A stretch of DNA of 64,000 nt from an uncultured Eubacteriales bacterium (GTDB taxonomy: Bacteria; Bacillota; Clostridia; Christensenellales; CAG-138), in contig CACWYB010000002.1 of NCBI GenBank assembly GCA_902765005.1, positions 141,058-205,057 on the forward strand, read 5' to 3'. Made by a program: the position numbers and the translations under genes. The notes beneath the pieces are model-generated. The model was not told where the DNA came from. It worked only from the letters and a program-made list of their open reading frames with translations, and searched no databases. Of the stretch, positions 8,755 through 17,244 are shown one piece after another (within the stretch, counting starts at the first letter, position 1; each line of letters begins with the position of its first letter).

Positions 8755-9147
8755 ATGCGGATGGACAAAACGAATAACAACCGAACACGGCGAAACGACC
8801 TGCTCCTGTTGACCGGCTGCCTGCTGGCGGCCCTGGTCCTGGGGGGCCTTTGGCTCCTGCTCAGGCAGGGGGGCCGGTTCGTGGTGGTGGAGCAGAACGG
8901 CCGGGAGACCGCCCGCTACCCGCTCTCGGAGAACAGGACCGAGCGGATCGAAACCGAAGGGGGCTACAACCTCCTGGTCATCGAAGGGGGCGAGGCCTTT
9001 CTCCGGGCGGCGGACTGCCCCAACCTTCTCTGCGTGAAGACGGGGAAGATCCGCTATGCCGGGCAGAGCATCGTGTGTCTGCCCCACAAGCTGGCGGTAC
9101 GGATCGTGGGAGGGGCGTCCGGTCTGGACGCTGTGACCGGCGGATGA
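8755..9147 (+). CDS. NusG domain II-containing small membrane-anchored protein
   Basis: 130 aa with an N-terminal TM segment (LLLLTGCLLAALVLGGLWLLL). The core YNLLVIEGGEAFLRAADCPNLLCVKTGKIRYAGQSIVCLPHKLAVRIVG matches the family. It shows the typical ATGA overlap with a Gx-transporter gene. Confidence 0.7.
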   Translation: MRMDKTNNNRTRRNDLLLLTGCLLAALVLGGLWLLLRQGGRFVVVEQNGRETARYPLSENRTERIETEGGYNLLVIEGGEAFLRAADCPNLLCVKTGKIRYAGQSIVCLPHKLAVRIVGGASGLDAVTGG

Positions 9148-9632
9148 AGACGAAGAAGCTGACGACCCTGGGCCTCTCTGTGGCCCTGGCCCTCATCCTT
9201 TCCTATGTGGAGAGCCTGCTGCCGCCCCTCTTGGCCGTGCCCGGGGTGAAGGTGGGCCTGCCCAATATCGTAATATTGTTTCTCCTCTATCGCTATGGAT
9301 GGAAGGAGGCGGGGGCGGTGTCCCTTGTGCGCCTGCTGCTGTCCGCCGCCCTGTTCTCCGGCTTCGCCGCCTTCTTCTACGGCCTCAGTGGGGCGGCGGT
9401 GAGCCTTTTGGGCTCCGCCCTGCTGAAACAGACGGACCGCTTCTCCCCTCTGGGGGTCAGCGTGGCGGGGGGCGTCCTCCACAACCTGGGGCAGATCGCC
9501 CTGGCCGCCCTCATCCTGGACAGCGGGTATATCTTCGCCTATCTCCCCCTTCTGCTCCTGTCCGGCACCCTGGCCGGGGCCCTGGTGGGCCTGCTGGCGG
9601 GCATCCTCATCCGACGCACCGACGTCAAATAA
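9144..9632 (+). CDS. Gx transporter family protein (heptaprenyl-diphosphate-synthase-component-I-like membrane protein)
   Basis: Start taken at MKTKKLTTLGLSVALALILSYVESLLP (ATG 9144, overlapping the upstream stop). It is polytopic. The longer ORF in the track (8850) has a GC-artefact N-terminus. Confidence 0.75.
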   Translation: MKTKKLTTLGLSVALALILSYVESLLPPLLAVPGVKVGLPNIVILFLLYRYGWKEAGAVSLVRLLLSAALFSGFAAFFYGLSGAAVSLLGSALLKQTDRFSPLGVSVAGGVLHNLGQIALAALILDSGYIFAYLPLLLLSGTLAGALVGLLAGILIRRTDVK

Positions 9633-10386
9633 GCTTCGTATACCGGGGCAGGCTGGTGATAAAGCCGGGCCCCTTTTTTGTGTCGATCTCATACCAGCCC
9701 GAGGGGGCCACGGCCAGGAAGGGGAACCGGTCGCCCTTATGGGCCACAAAGAGCTTCTTTCCCTTGGTGCTGTCCCCCTTTCGGACCCAGACGGATTGGC
9801 CCAAAACCTCCACCTGCTGTTCAGGGGCCGGGGCGGGCTCCGGCAGGGGCGCGGGCTCCGGCAACGGCGACAACTCTTTCTCGAATACCTTGGGGATGCC
9901 CCAGCAGGCCCAGTCCTTCGCTTTGAACTTTGTTTTGACCACCCCGTACTTGCGGCCTTTGGCCTCGATGAGATACTGATCGTCGATCATGTAGCCGATG
10001 TGGCTGGCCCGCTTCCCGTTCAGCCGGAACACCCACCAGCCCCTTTGGGGCGGCTCCGGTTTTAGGTTGCAGCGGCCCATCATGGTGTTGGCGTTCACGT
10101 CGCATTTGTACAGATGGGTCAAATTGCACAGCCAGTAGCACCCCAGGCCCGAGCAGTCGTAAGCGTAGAGGACCTTCGCTCCGGCCTGAAACTTCTTCCG
10201 GCAGAATTCGATGGCGGCCTGGGCGTAGCTTTCCCCGTCTCTGTAGCCGCCCCGGCCCGCCTCCTTTTTCTCGATGAGGGAGACGTAATTTTCCGGCGTC
10301 AGCCGGGTGTGCTGGCCGCCCCAGAGATAGGGCTGGCCCACCTGGGCCCTGAGATAGTCAATGAATCCATTCACGGTTTTGTCCAT
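9625..10386 (-). CDS. NlpC/P60 cysteine peptidase with C-terminal SH3-like domain (cell-wall hydrolase, no signal peptide)
   Basis: 253 aa. It has GQPYLWGG, the catalytic Cys context YDCSGL and the His context ASHIGYM. A PEPAPLPEPAPAPE linker precedes an SH3-like tail. A GGAGGGAA RBS is present. Confidence 0.8.
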   Translation of the reverse strand: MDKTVNGFIDYLRAQVGQPYLWGGQHTRLTPENYVSLIEKKEAGRGGYRDGESYAQAAIEFCRKKFQAGAKVLYAYDCSGLGCYWLCNLTHLYKCDVNANTMMGRCNLKPEPPQRGWWVFRLNGKRASHIGYMIDDQYLIEAKGRKYGVVKTKFKAKDWACWGIPKVFEKELSPLPEPAPLPEPAPAPEQQVEVLGQSVWVRKGDSTKGKKLFVAHKGDRFPFLAVAPSGWYEIDTKKGPGFITSLPRYTKLI

Positions 10387-10560
10387 ATATGTTCCCTCCT
10401 TATGGCATCAGCATATCGCCGAAAGGCGCCCTTGGTTTCCGATAATCCGTTCATATATATCCTATGCATGCCCATCACGGCCCGTGTCCGTCCCAAAGCT
10501 GACCGACGGATACGGAGGATATAATAGATTCTGTTTTTTGCCCTTCACCGGTTGAAGGGG

Positions 10561-10600
10561 GCCGCCTGTCCATACGGCCGGCGACGGCGGCGTTTTTTGT
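10561..10600 (+). terminator. orphan plus-strand intrinsic-terminator-like hairpin upstream of the GNAT gene
   Basis: gccgcc-t-gtc (10561-10570) pairs with gac-ggcggc (10583-10591), then G + T6. No plus-strand ORF ends nearby. Confidence 0.45.
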
Positions 10601-10661
10601 TGCTTGTCAAAAGAATCTGTGGTACGATGAGTCAAACAAATCGGAATTTGCGGAGAAGCAG

Positions 10662-11147
10662 ATGAAACTTGAAAAATATCAAGAAGCAGATGAAACGTTG
10701 TATTCCCGATTGGTTTTCAACAGGGAAACGATGAGCATGAATTACGGTCGAATCTTTACCGAAGAAGAATCCAAGTTGCTTTTTCAAATAATGCTTGACA
10801 TCAACGCTTCAGAGTCAAAACTTGGTTTTTACAAAGTGTTTATCTCACATGAAAACAAGGATACTTTCATCGGAATGGGAGCATTGACCCTGAATGCTGA
10901 ATATGATGCCATTGAAATCGAATACATGTTGCTGCCTCCGTATTGGAATCATGGATACGGCTCGGAACTGGTTGGCACTTTAATCCAGATGGCGACGGAT
11001 ACGCATGTTTCTCCAGTACTCATTGCTTTAACTGATCCCTCAAATCTGTATTCAAAGAGGATTCTTTGGAAATACGGATTTACATTAGAGAAACAGTATC
11101 TGAATGACGATGGAGACCCTGTTGAGCTGTATCGCAGAGGGATTTGA
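10662..11147 (+). CDS. GNAT-family N-acetyltransferase (AT-rich single-gene islet)
   Basis: 161 aa. The GNAT core pattern is present (EIEYMLLPPYWNHGYGSELVGTLIQMA, YSKRILWKYGF). A spot GC count at 10681 gives 42%. Confidence 0.7.
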   Translation: MKLEKYQEADETLYSRLVFNRETMSMNYGRIFTEEESKLLFQIMLDINASESKLGFYKVFISHENKDTFIGMGALTLNAEYDAIEIEYMLLPPYWNHGYGSELVGTLIQMATDTHVSPVLIALTDPSNLYSKRILWKYGFTLEKQYLNDDGDPVELYRRGI

Positions 11148-11308
11148 ATGTGTCAGCCAACTTCTCATTTGTCGGAAAAACAACTCTGGCCGACATCTCA
11201 ACGGCCGGCTTTTGAATCATCCCTCCTGCTGGCTGTTTGCAGGAGAAAACAGGTTGAAATATCCTTTGAATCAGGGTACAATGAACAAAACCCTATGGAG
11301 GTACGACC

Positions 11309-12049
11309 ATGGCATTTGACGCATACAAAGTGAAGGATGAGCTCATCCGATGGATCCGGGACTGGTTCGAGGAGAACGGCCCGGGCTGCAACGCCGTCAT
11401 CGGCATCTCCGGCGGCAAGGACAGCTCCGTGGTGGCGGCCCTGTGCGTGGAGGCGTTGGGGAAGGACCGGGTCATCGGCGTGCTCATGCCCAACGGGGAG
11501 CAGCCGGACATCGACATGTCCCATCTGCTGGTACAGACCCTGGGCATCCGCCACTACACCCTGAACATCCACGACACCTTCGAAGCCTGCCTCGCCGAGA
11601 TCGAGAACACCGGCGTGGAGATCAGCAACCAGACCCGGGTGAACCTGGCCCCCCGCATCCGCATGAGCGTGGAGTACGCCTTGAGCCAGTCCCTGAACGG
11701 CCGGGTGGCCAACACCTGCAACTGGTCCGAGGACTACGTGGGCTATTCTACCCGCTACGGCGACGGGGCCGGGGACTTCGCGCCCCTGGGGAAGCTGGTG
11801 GTCCGGGAGGTGAAGGCCATCGGCCATGCCCTGGGCCTGCCCGAGGTGCTGGTGGAGAAGGTGCCCAGCGACGGCCTGTGCGGCAAGACGGACGAGGACA
11901 ACCTGGGCTTCACCTACGCGGCTCTCGACCGCTACATCCGGGAGGGCGTCTGCGAAGACGAAGCGGTGAAGGCCCGGATCGACCGGCTCCACAAGCTGAA
12001 CCTGTTCAAACTGAAACCCATTCCCTATTTCCCGTTTGGCGAAGAATAA
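11309..12049 (+). CDS. nadE: NH3-dependent NAD+ synthetase
   Basis: 246 aa with the PP-loop GISGGKDSSVVAAL and DYVGYSTRYGDGAGDFAPLG. Confidence 0.9.
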   Translation: MAFDAYKVKDELIRWIRDWFEENGPGCNAVIGISGGKDSSVVAALCVEALGKDRVIGVLMPNGEQPDIDMSHLLVQTLGIRHYTLNIHDTFEACLAEIENTGVEISNQTRVNLAPRIRMSVEYALSQSLNGRVANTCNWSEDYVGYSTRYGDGAGDFAPLGKLVVREVKAIGHALGLPEVLVEKVPSDGLCGKTDEDNLGFTYAALDRYIREGVCEDEAVKARIDRLHKLNLFKLKPIPYFPFGEE

Positions 12050-12069
12050 TAACAACAAGGAGAGAGATA

Positions 12070-13082
12070 TGAAGGTATTGGTCACCGGCGGCGCCGGATA
12101 CATCGGGTCCCACACGTGCCTGGCTCTGCTGGAGCTGGGCTACGAGGTGGTGGCGGTCGACAATTTCTGCAACAGCTCCGCGGAGTCCCTCCGGCGGGTG
12201 GAGGAGCTGACGGGGAAGAAAGTGCCCCTGTACGGCATCGACGTGCGGGATGAGGCGGCGCTGGACCGGGTGTTCCAGGAGCACGACATCGGCTGCGTCA
12301 TCCACTTTGCGGGCCTGAAGGCCGTGGGCGAGAGCGTGCAGAAGCCCCTTGCCTACTATGAAAACAACCTCTTGTCCACCATGACGCTGCTGAAGGTCAT
12401 GGGGAAGAACGACGTGAAGCGGATCATCTTCTCCTCCTCCGCCACGGTCTACAGCACCGAGAACACCATGCCCCTCAACGAGACCGGGCGCATGGGCTGC
12501 ACCAACCCCTACGGCTGGACCAAGTTCATGTGCGAGGAGATCATTCAGGACGCGGTGAAGGCCGATCCGGAATGGTCCGCCGTGCTGCTTCGGTACTTCA
12601 ATCCCGTGGGAGCCCACCCCTCGGGCCGCATCGGGGAGGCGCCCAACGGCATCCCCAACAACCTGATGCCCTTCATCACCCAAACCGCCTGCGGCGTCCG
12701 CAAGGAGCTGGTGGTCTTCGGCAACGATTATCCCACCCCCGACGGGACCTGCGTGCGGGACTATATCCATGTGATGGACCTGGCGGAGGGCCACGCGGCA
12801 GCCATCGACTATTTGATGGCCCACACCGGCACGGAGATCTTCAACCTGGGCACGGGCCAGGGCTATTCCGTGCTGGACATGGTGAAGGCCTTTGAAGAAG
12901 TCAACCACCTCACCCTACCCCACAGGATCGGGCCCCGGCGGCCCGGGGACATCGCCACCTGCTATGCGGATCCCCAAAAGAGCCGGGAACTGCTGCATTG
13001 GACCGCCAAGCGCACATTGAAGGACATGTGCGCCGATGCCTGGAACTGGCAGCAGAAGAACCCCAGGGGATATGAATCGTAA
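12070..13082 (+). CDS. galE: UDP-glucose 4-epimerase
   Basis: Start taken at MKVLVTGGAGYIGSH (ATG 12070). It has FSSSATVYS and PYGWTKFMCE (YxxxK). Confidence 0.9.
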
Positions 13083-13111
13083 CCCGTGGCCATGAGAGAG
13101 GGACGATAAGG

Positions 13112-13645
13112 ATGGCCTGGTATTGCCTGTTCTGCAAGGGCGGACAGGAGCAAAGCGTCATGCAGATGCTGCGGCAAAGGGGCGCCCTGCCCCTTTCGCC
13201 CCTGGTGGTGCGGCCGCGGCCGGGGCAGAAAGGGCTGGAGCGAGCCCAGGCCAGGCTCCTGCCCGGCTATGTCTTCTTTGAGCAGGAGGGGCCGGTGGAC
13301 TGGCCCGGGCTCCTGCGCTTTTCCGCCGTGCTGCGGGTGCTCCATTACCAGGATGAGGACCCGGTGCTGCGGGGGGCTGACCTTGCCTTCGTGGAGTGGC
13401 TCCAGCGATACGAGGGGCTCATCGACGTGTCGGAGGTTATGAAGGTGGGCACCAAGATCGCCTTCGTCAGCGGGCCGCTGGTGGGCATGGAGGCGAAGGT
13501 GCTGCAGGTGAACAAGAGTCGCAAAGCGGTGCAGATCGCCGTGGGGGACCAGGACTCCCTGCTGCAGGCGGTGTGGTGCTCCATCGAGTATGTGCAGGAG
13601 CATGTGGACCTGGAGCAGATGACCCATTCGGAGGGAAAGGAATAA
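13112..13645 (+). CDS. NusG-family specialised paralog (LoaP-like processive antiterminator)
   Basis: 177 aa. The NGN-like N-terminus reads MAWYCLFCKGGQEQSVMQML...LLPGYVFF. The KOW-like segment reads VGTKIAFVSGPLVGMEAKVLQVNKSRKAVQIAV. It sits at the head of the polysaccharide locus. Confidence 0.75.
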   Translation: MAWYCLFCKGGQEQSVMQMLRQRGALPLSPLVVRPRPGQKGLERAQARLLPGYVFFEQEGPVDWPGLLRFSAVLRVLHYQDEDPVLRGADLAFVEWLQRYEGLIDVSEVMKVGTKIAFVSGPLVGMEAKVLQVNKSRKAVQIAVGDQDSLLQAVWCSIEYVQEHVDLEQMTHSEGKE

Positions 13646-13654
13646 GGAAAAGAT

Positions 13655-13693
13655 GGACCCGGCAAAATCCTTGCCGGGTCCGTTTTTTGTTTT
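13655..13693 (+). terminator. rho-independent terminator directly after the NusG-paralog gene
   Basis: ggacccggcaa (13655-13665) pairs with ttgccgggtcc (13671-13681), followed by gTTTTTTgTTTT. Confidence 0.85.
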
Positions 13694-13736
13694 ATGTGGG
13701 AAAAGATGGCAGGCGAATATATAGAACCTGCTGTTG

Positions 13737-13765
13737 TTGACTTTTACGGTCGATTCTCTTATAAT
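13737..13765 (+). promoter_or_regulatory. near-consensus sigma-A promoter of the polysaccharide operon
   Basis: TTGACT (13737-13742) is separated by 17 nt from TATAAT (13760-13765). The palindrome AGCATAATGCT (13772-13782) lies just downstream. Confidence 0.7.
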
Positions 13766-13982
13766 GTAAAAAGCATAATGCTATTACTATGCCTATCCAT
13801 ATAGATGATCGTATAGGATAGATGTGCGGCCCCTGGGCTTGAACAGGGGCGGCGAATGAGCTGGAAAAGACATCGCAACGGACGGCGCGCGGCCATAGCC
13901 GCCCCGGGACCGGACGATCGACACAAGGGACAGAGCCCATCGAAGCGGAATTACCCGCTCCGCATGCCGAAGGCATGGCCTG

Positions 13983-15587
13983 ATGCCCGCAAATATATGG
14001 AGGAATACATTGGAACAGAATATGATGCCCGAACAGGGTAAGAACAAAAGGAACAAGGGAAAGAAGAAATCCATCATCCTGGGCGCGGTCCTGGGGGTGG
14101 TGGCAGTGGTGCTGCTGGTGGGCGGTTTCGTGATCCATACGGCCCTGAACCGGCCCCATACCCTGTTTGAGCCCACGGAACAGCGGACGGCGGAGATCAC
14201 TTCCGAGGCAACGCCTGCGTTCGATATCCAGGCCTACCTGTCCACGGAGGAGGAGCCGGAGGACGGGGAGGAGACCATTCCCCCTGAGTTGCTGGCTGCG
14301 CCTACCGCGACGCCCGCTCAGGCCCCGGCCGCAACCGCTGCGTCCCAGGAGGGAGAGCCGCAGCTCTCCGGCATCGTGAACGTGGCCCTCTTCGGCATCG
14401 ACGCCAAGGAGAACGGAGGCACCACCAGCGGCTCCATGCCCCATACGGATGTGAACATGGCGGTGGCGATCAATTTCGACACCAAGGAGGTCAGCCTTAT
14501 TTCCATCGCGCGGGACGTGCTGACCACGGCCCCGGGGCACTCCGGATTCTATAAGTTCAACGGCGTCTTCAATGTGGGCGGCGGCATGGACGATCCCAAG
14601 GCGGGCTTTGCCCTCTCCAGCCGAGCCATGGAGGAGTGGCTGGGGGGCGTGTCCGTTCCTTACTACTATGGTCTGGACTTTCAGGCGGTCATCGACCTGG
14701 TGGACGCCATCGGCGGGATCGACTTTGAGCTAGATATCGATTTGTATGATTTAAACAAAAACAGAATAGCATCAAAAGGGCAACAGCACCTGGATGGGGA
14801 AAAGGTTTTGGCCTACCTGCGCATGCGGAAGACGGCGGGCGGCTTGGACTATCTGCGCACTGGCCGTCAGCGGGAGATGATGGTGGCCATCTTCCGCAAG
14901 CTGAAGGACGAAGGTAAGCTCTCCATGGTGCCGGATCTGCTGAAGGCCATGGGGGACAACCTCTACACCAACACCACCCTGGAGCAGACGGCGGCCCTGG
15001 CCAACTTTGCCCGGAGCATCGATCCGGACAGCATCCAGAGCTACAGCATCTACGGAAACATGGCGGAGAATTACCTCTGGCGGTACTCCATGATTGATCA
15101 GCAGGCCCGGCTGGACATCCTGAAGAAGGTGTACGGCATCGACGCCAAGCCCATGGGGGTGGATACCCAGCGGTATGAACACTTTTTGTACGACAGCGGC
15201 TTTAAGGCTATTCAGTACCTGAACATCACCAAAAAGCTCTTTGAGGAAGCGAACGCAACCTATTCCGAAAGTACCATGACGGAAGCCCAGAAGCGGGCCT
15301 ACGCGGACTGCTGGAAGAAATATACGGATCTGCAGACCGCGTTCAACGCGGTGAACGAGTGGATGCTGACCCTGTGGGATGACAACAAGGCCCTGACCAC
15401 CGGGGAGAAGAATCAGCAGAACAGCTATTATAAAGCACTAATGTCCCTGGAGAATAAGCTCCAGCCCGCGGCGGATGCCATGAAGAAGGCTTTTGGCCTG
15501 AAGACGGAAACGGACTGGAAGCGGGATATAAACCAATGGTTCGCCAGAGGCAGTGTGATCAACGACGTGTATGTGGATTTCCGGTGA
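13983..15587 (+). CDS. LytR-CpsA-Psr (LCP) family glycopolymer ligase with long C-terminal extension, copy 1
   Basis: It has an N-terminal Lys-rich tail plus a TM segment (ILGAVLGVVAVVLLVGGFVI). The LCP core is present (NVALFGIDAKE...HTDVNMAVAINFDTKEVSLISIARD, LAYLRMRKTAGGLDYLRTGRQREMM). The start is uncertain: 13983, TTG 14010 or ATG 14022. Confidence 0.85.
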   Translation: MPANIWRNTLEQNMMPEQGKNKRNKGKKKSIILGAVLGVVAVVLLVGGFVIHTALNRPHTLFEPTEQRTAEITSEATPAFDIQAYLSTEEEPEDGEETIPPELLAAPTATPAQAPAATAASQEGEPQLSGIVNVALFGIDAKENGGTTSGSMPHTDVNMAVAINFDTKEVSLISIARDVLTTAPGHSGFYKFNGVFNVGGGMDDPKAGFALSSRAMEEWLGGVSVPYYYGLDFQAVIDLVDAIGGIDFELDIDLYDLNKNRIASKGQQHLDGEKVLAYLRMRKTAGGLDYLRTGRQREMMVAIFRKLKDEGKLSMVPDLLKAMGDNLYTNTTLEQTAALANFARSIDPDSIQSYSIYGNMAENYLWRYSMIDQQARLDILKKVYGIDAKPMGVDTQRYEHFLYDSGFKAIQYLNITKKLFEEANATYSESTMTEAQKRAYADCWKKYTDLQTAFNAVNEWMLTLWDDNKALTTGEKNQQNSYYKALMSLENKLQPAADAMKKAFGLKTETDWKRDINQWFARGSVINDVYVDFR

Positions 15588-15660
15588 TCGGGAAGCAGCA
15601 TACCTGTATCCAGTCGAATCACGCAACACATACGGACATATGGGGAAAGGAGAATAACAG

Positions 15661-17172
15661 ATGAAACAGGCAGCCAATAAAAGAACGTACCGTCAATTGT
15701 TTTGGATCGTTTTACTCGTCGCCTGCATGGTGATGGCCATGGGCGCTTACCGGATTATCAAGTTGCCGGGCAAGCTGTTTGAGCAGGCGGTGCGGGTCGC
15801 TCCGGCAGCTACAGCAGCCCCTACGCCCCTCATCGACGTAGACAGCTACTTGCCTGCGACCAAGGCGAATACGACCCCCGTTCCCACATTGCCCCCGCAA
15901 GAGGAGGAGGTCGCGGAAACCGACCCGGATCCTTTGGGGGAGGACAAGCCCCTCTCCGGCATCGTGAACATTGCCCTCTTCGGGCTGGATGCGTTTGAGA
16001 CCGGTGGCACGACCAGCGGCACCATGGTCCATACAGATGTGAATATGATCGTGGCCATCAACTTTGATACCGATGAGGTCAGCCTTATCTCCGTTGCCCG
16101 GGATATCTTTACCGACATACCCTGTCATGATGGCTTCTATAAGCTCAATTGCGCATTTAATGTGGGCGGCGGCTTATCGGATCCCAAGGCGGGGATGGAG
16201 CTGGCCTGCCGGGAGCTGGAGCAATGGCTGGGGGGCGTGTCCGTACCCTATTATTTCGGCTTGGATTACAAGGCAGCGTTCGATGTAGTGGATGCCATCG
16301 GCGGCATTGATTTTGATACGGAAATCGATCTCTATGATCTTAACGGAAGCAGAATCGCTAACGCAGGACAGAATCATCTCAATGGCCGAGGCGTGCTTGC
16401 TTATTTGCGTATGCGCAAAACTGCCGGCGGCTTAGATGCTCTGCGCACGGCCCGCCAGCGGAAGATGATGGTCGCTATCTTTAGAAAGCTGAAGGAAGCA
16501 GGTCAGCTGTCCCAGATACCGGATATCCTGAGCGCCATCGGCGATGATATCTATACGAATGTGACCATTCCCCAGATTACCGCCCTGGTCAACTACGCGG
16601 CAAATATCGATCCGGATTCTATTCAAACCTACAGCATTCAGGGAGACATGGTGGAGCAGTACCTCTGGCGGTATTGCTTTGTCAACCAGGAGGATCGGAT
16701 CAACATTTTGAGGACAGTATACGGCATCGAAGCGGCGCCCATGCCGGTGAACTCCGCTTCGTATGAGCGGTTTTTGTATGACAGTGGGTTCATGGCCCTT
16801 CAGCACATCGGGTACGCGAGGGAGCTTTTCAAGTGGATCCACAGCAACACCACGGCGGAGGAAATGACCGAGGCGCAGAAAAAGGCCTACGCTCTCTGCT
16901 GGCGGGAGTATATGGATCTAATTGCCTATTTCGATCAGGTCGACGCCTGGACAAAGGAGCGATTCGATCAAAAGAAGCTCTCCAACCAAGATCAGGATCT
17001 GCGGACCAAGCAGTATCAGGCGTTGGGCAGACTGGAGCGGGCGCTGCGCACCGCTGGGGACGATCTGAACAAAACCTTCGGCAACCCGGTTGAGCTGAAC
17101 TGGACCAGAAACGTGAACCAGTGGTTCTCCAAGGAGAGCGTCATCAACGAGGTATACGTCGACTTCCGATAA
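15661..17172 (+). CDS. LCP family glycopolymer ligase with long C-terminal extension, copy 2
   Basis: 503 aa with an AGGAG RBS. It is collinear with copy 1 throughout, down to the shared C-terminus (SVINEVYVDFR versus SVINDVYVDFR). Confidence 0.85.
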   Translation: MKQAANKRTYRQLFWIVLLVACMVMAMGAYRIIKLPGKLFEQAVRVAPAATAAPTPLIDVDSYLPATKANTTPVPTLPPQEEEVAETDPDPLGEDKPLSGIVNIALFGLDAFETGGTTSGTMVHTDVNMIVAINFDTDEVSLISVARDIFTDIPCHDGFYKLNCAFNVGGGLSDPKAGMELACRELEQWLGGVSVPYYFGLDYKAAFDVVDAIGGIDFDTEIDLYDLNGSRIANAGQNHLNGRGVLAYLRMRKTAGGLDALRTARQRKMMVAIFRKLKEAGQLSQIPDILSAIGDDIYTNVTIPQITALVNYAANIDPDSIQTYSIQGDMVEQYLWRYCFVNQEDRINILRTVYGIEAAPMPVNSASYERFLYDSGFMALQHIGYARELFKWIHSNTTAEEMTEAQKKAYALCWREYMDLIAYFDQVDAWTKERFDQKKLSNQDQDLRTKQYQALGRLERALRTAGDDLNKTFGNPVELNWTRNVNQWFSKESVINEVYVDFR

Positions 17173-17244
17173 AGCACAGCGGTCGTGAAGATTTGATACG
17201 CCCCATCAGAACGGGGCAGCATGGATAGATGAGTGAGGGTATAT

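Noticed and set aside
8850-9143. N-terminal extension of the Gx-transporter ORF (track start 8850), and similar extensions at 12036 (galE), 42740 (ugd), 54626 (comEC), 57267 (ftsA) and 51944-52021 (DUF1284)
   Set aside because: In each case an internal ATG with an RBS gives the family-typical N-terminus. The extension overlaps the upstream gene or is low-complexity.
10387-10610. ydaO-type cyclic-di-AMP riboswitch upstream of the NlpC/P60 gene, a common association in Firmicutes
   Set aside because: The minus-strand leader contains a CCGUCGGUCAGCU stretch vaguely like the conserved CCGxCAGCUAAC. It lacks the GGGGACCCA and GGGUGAAUC elements and the pseudo-twofold architecture. An Infernal scan would settle it.
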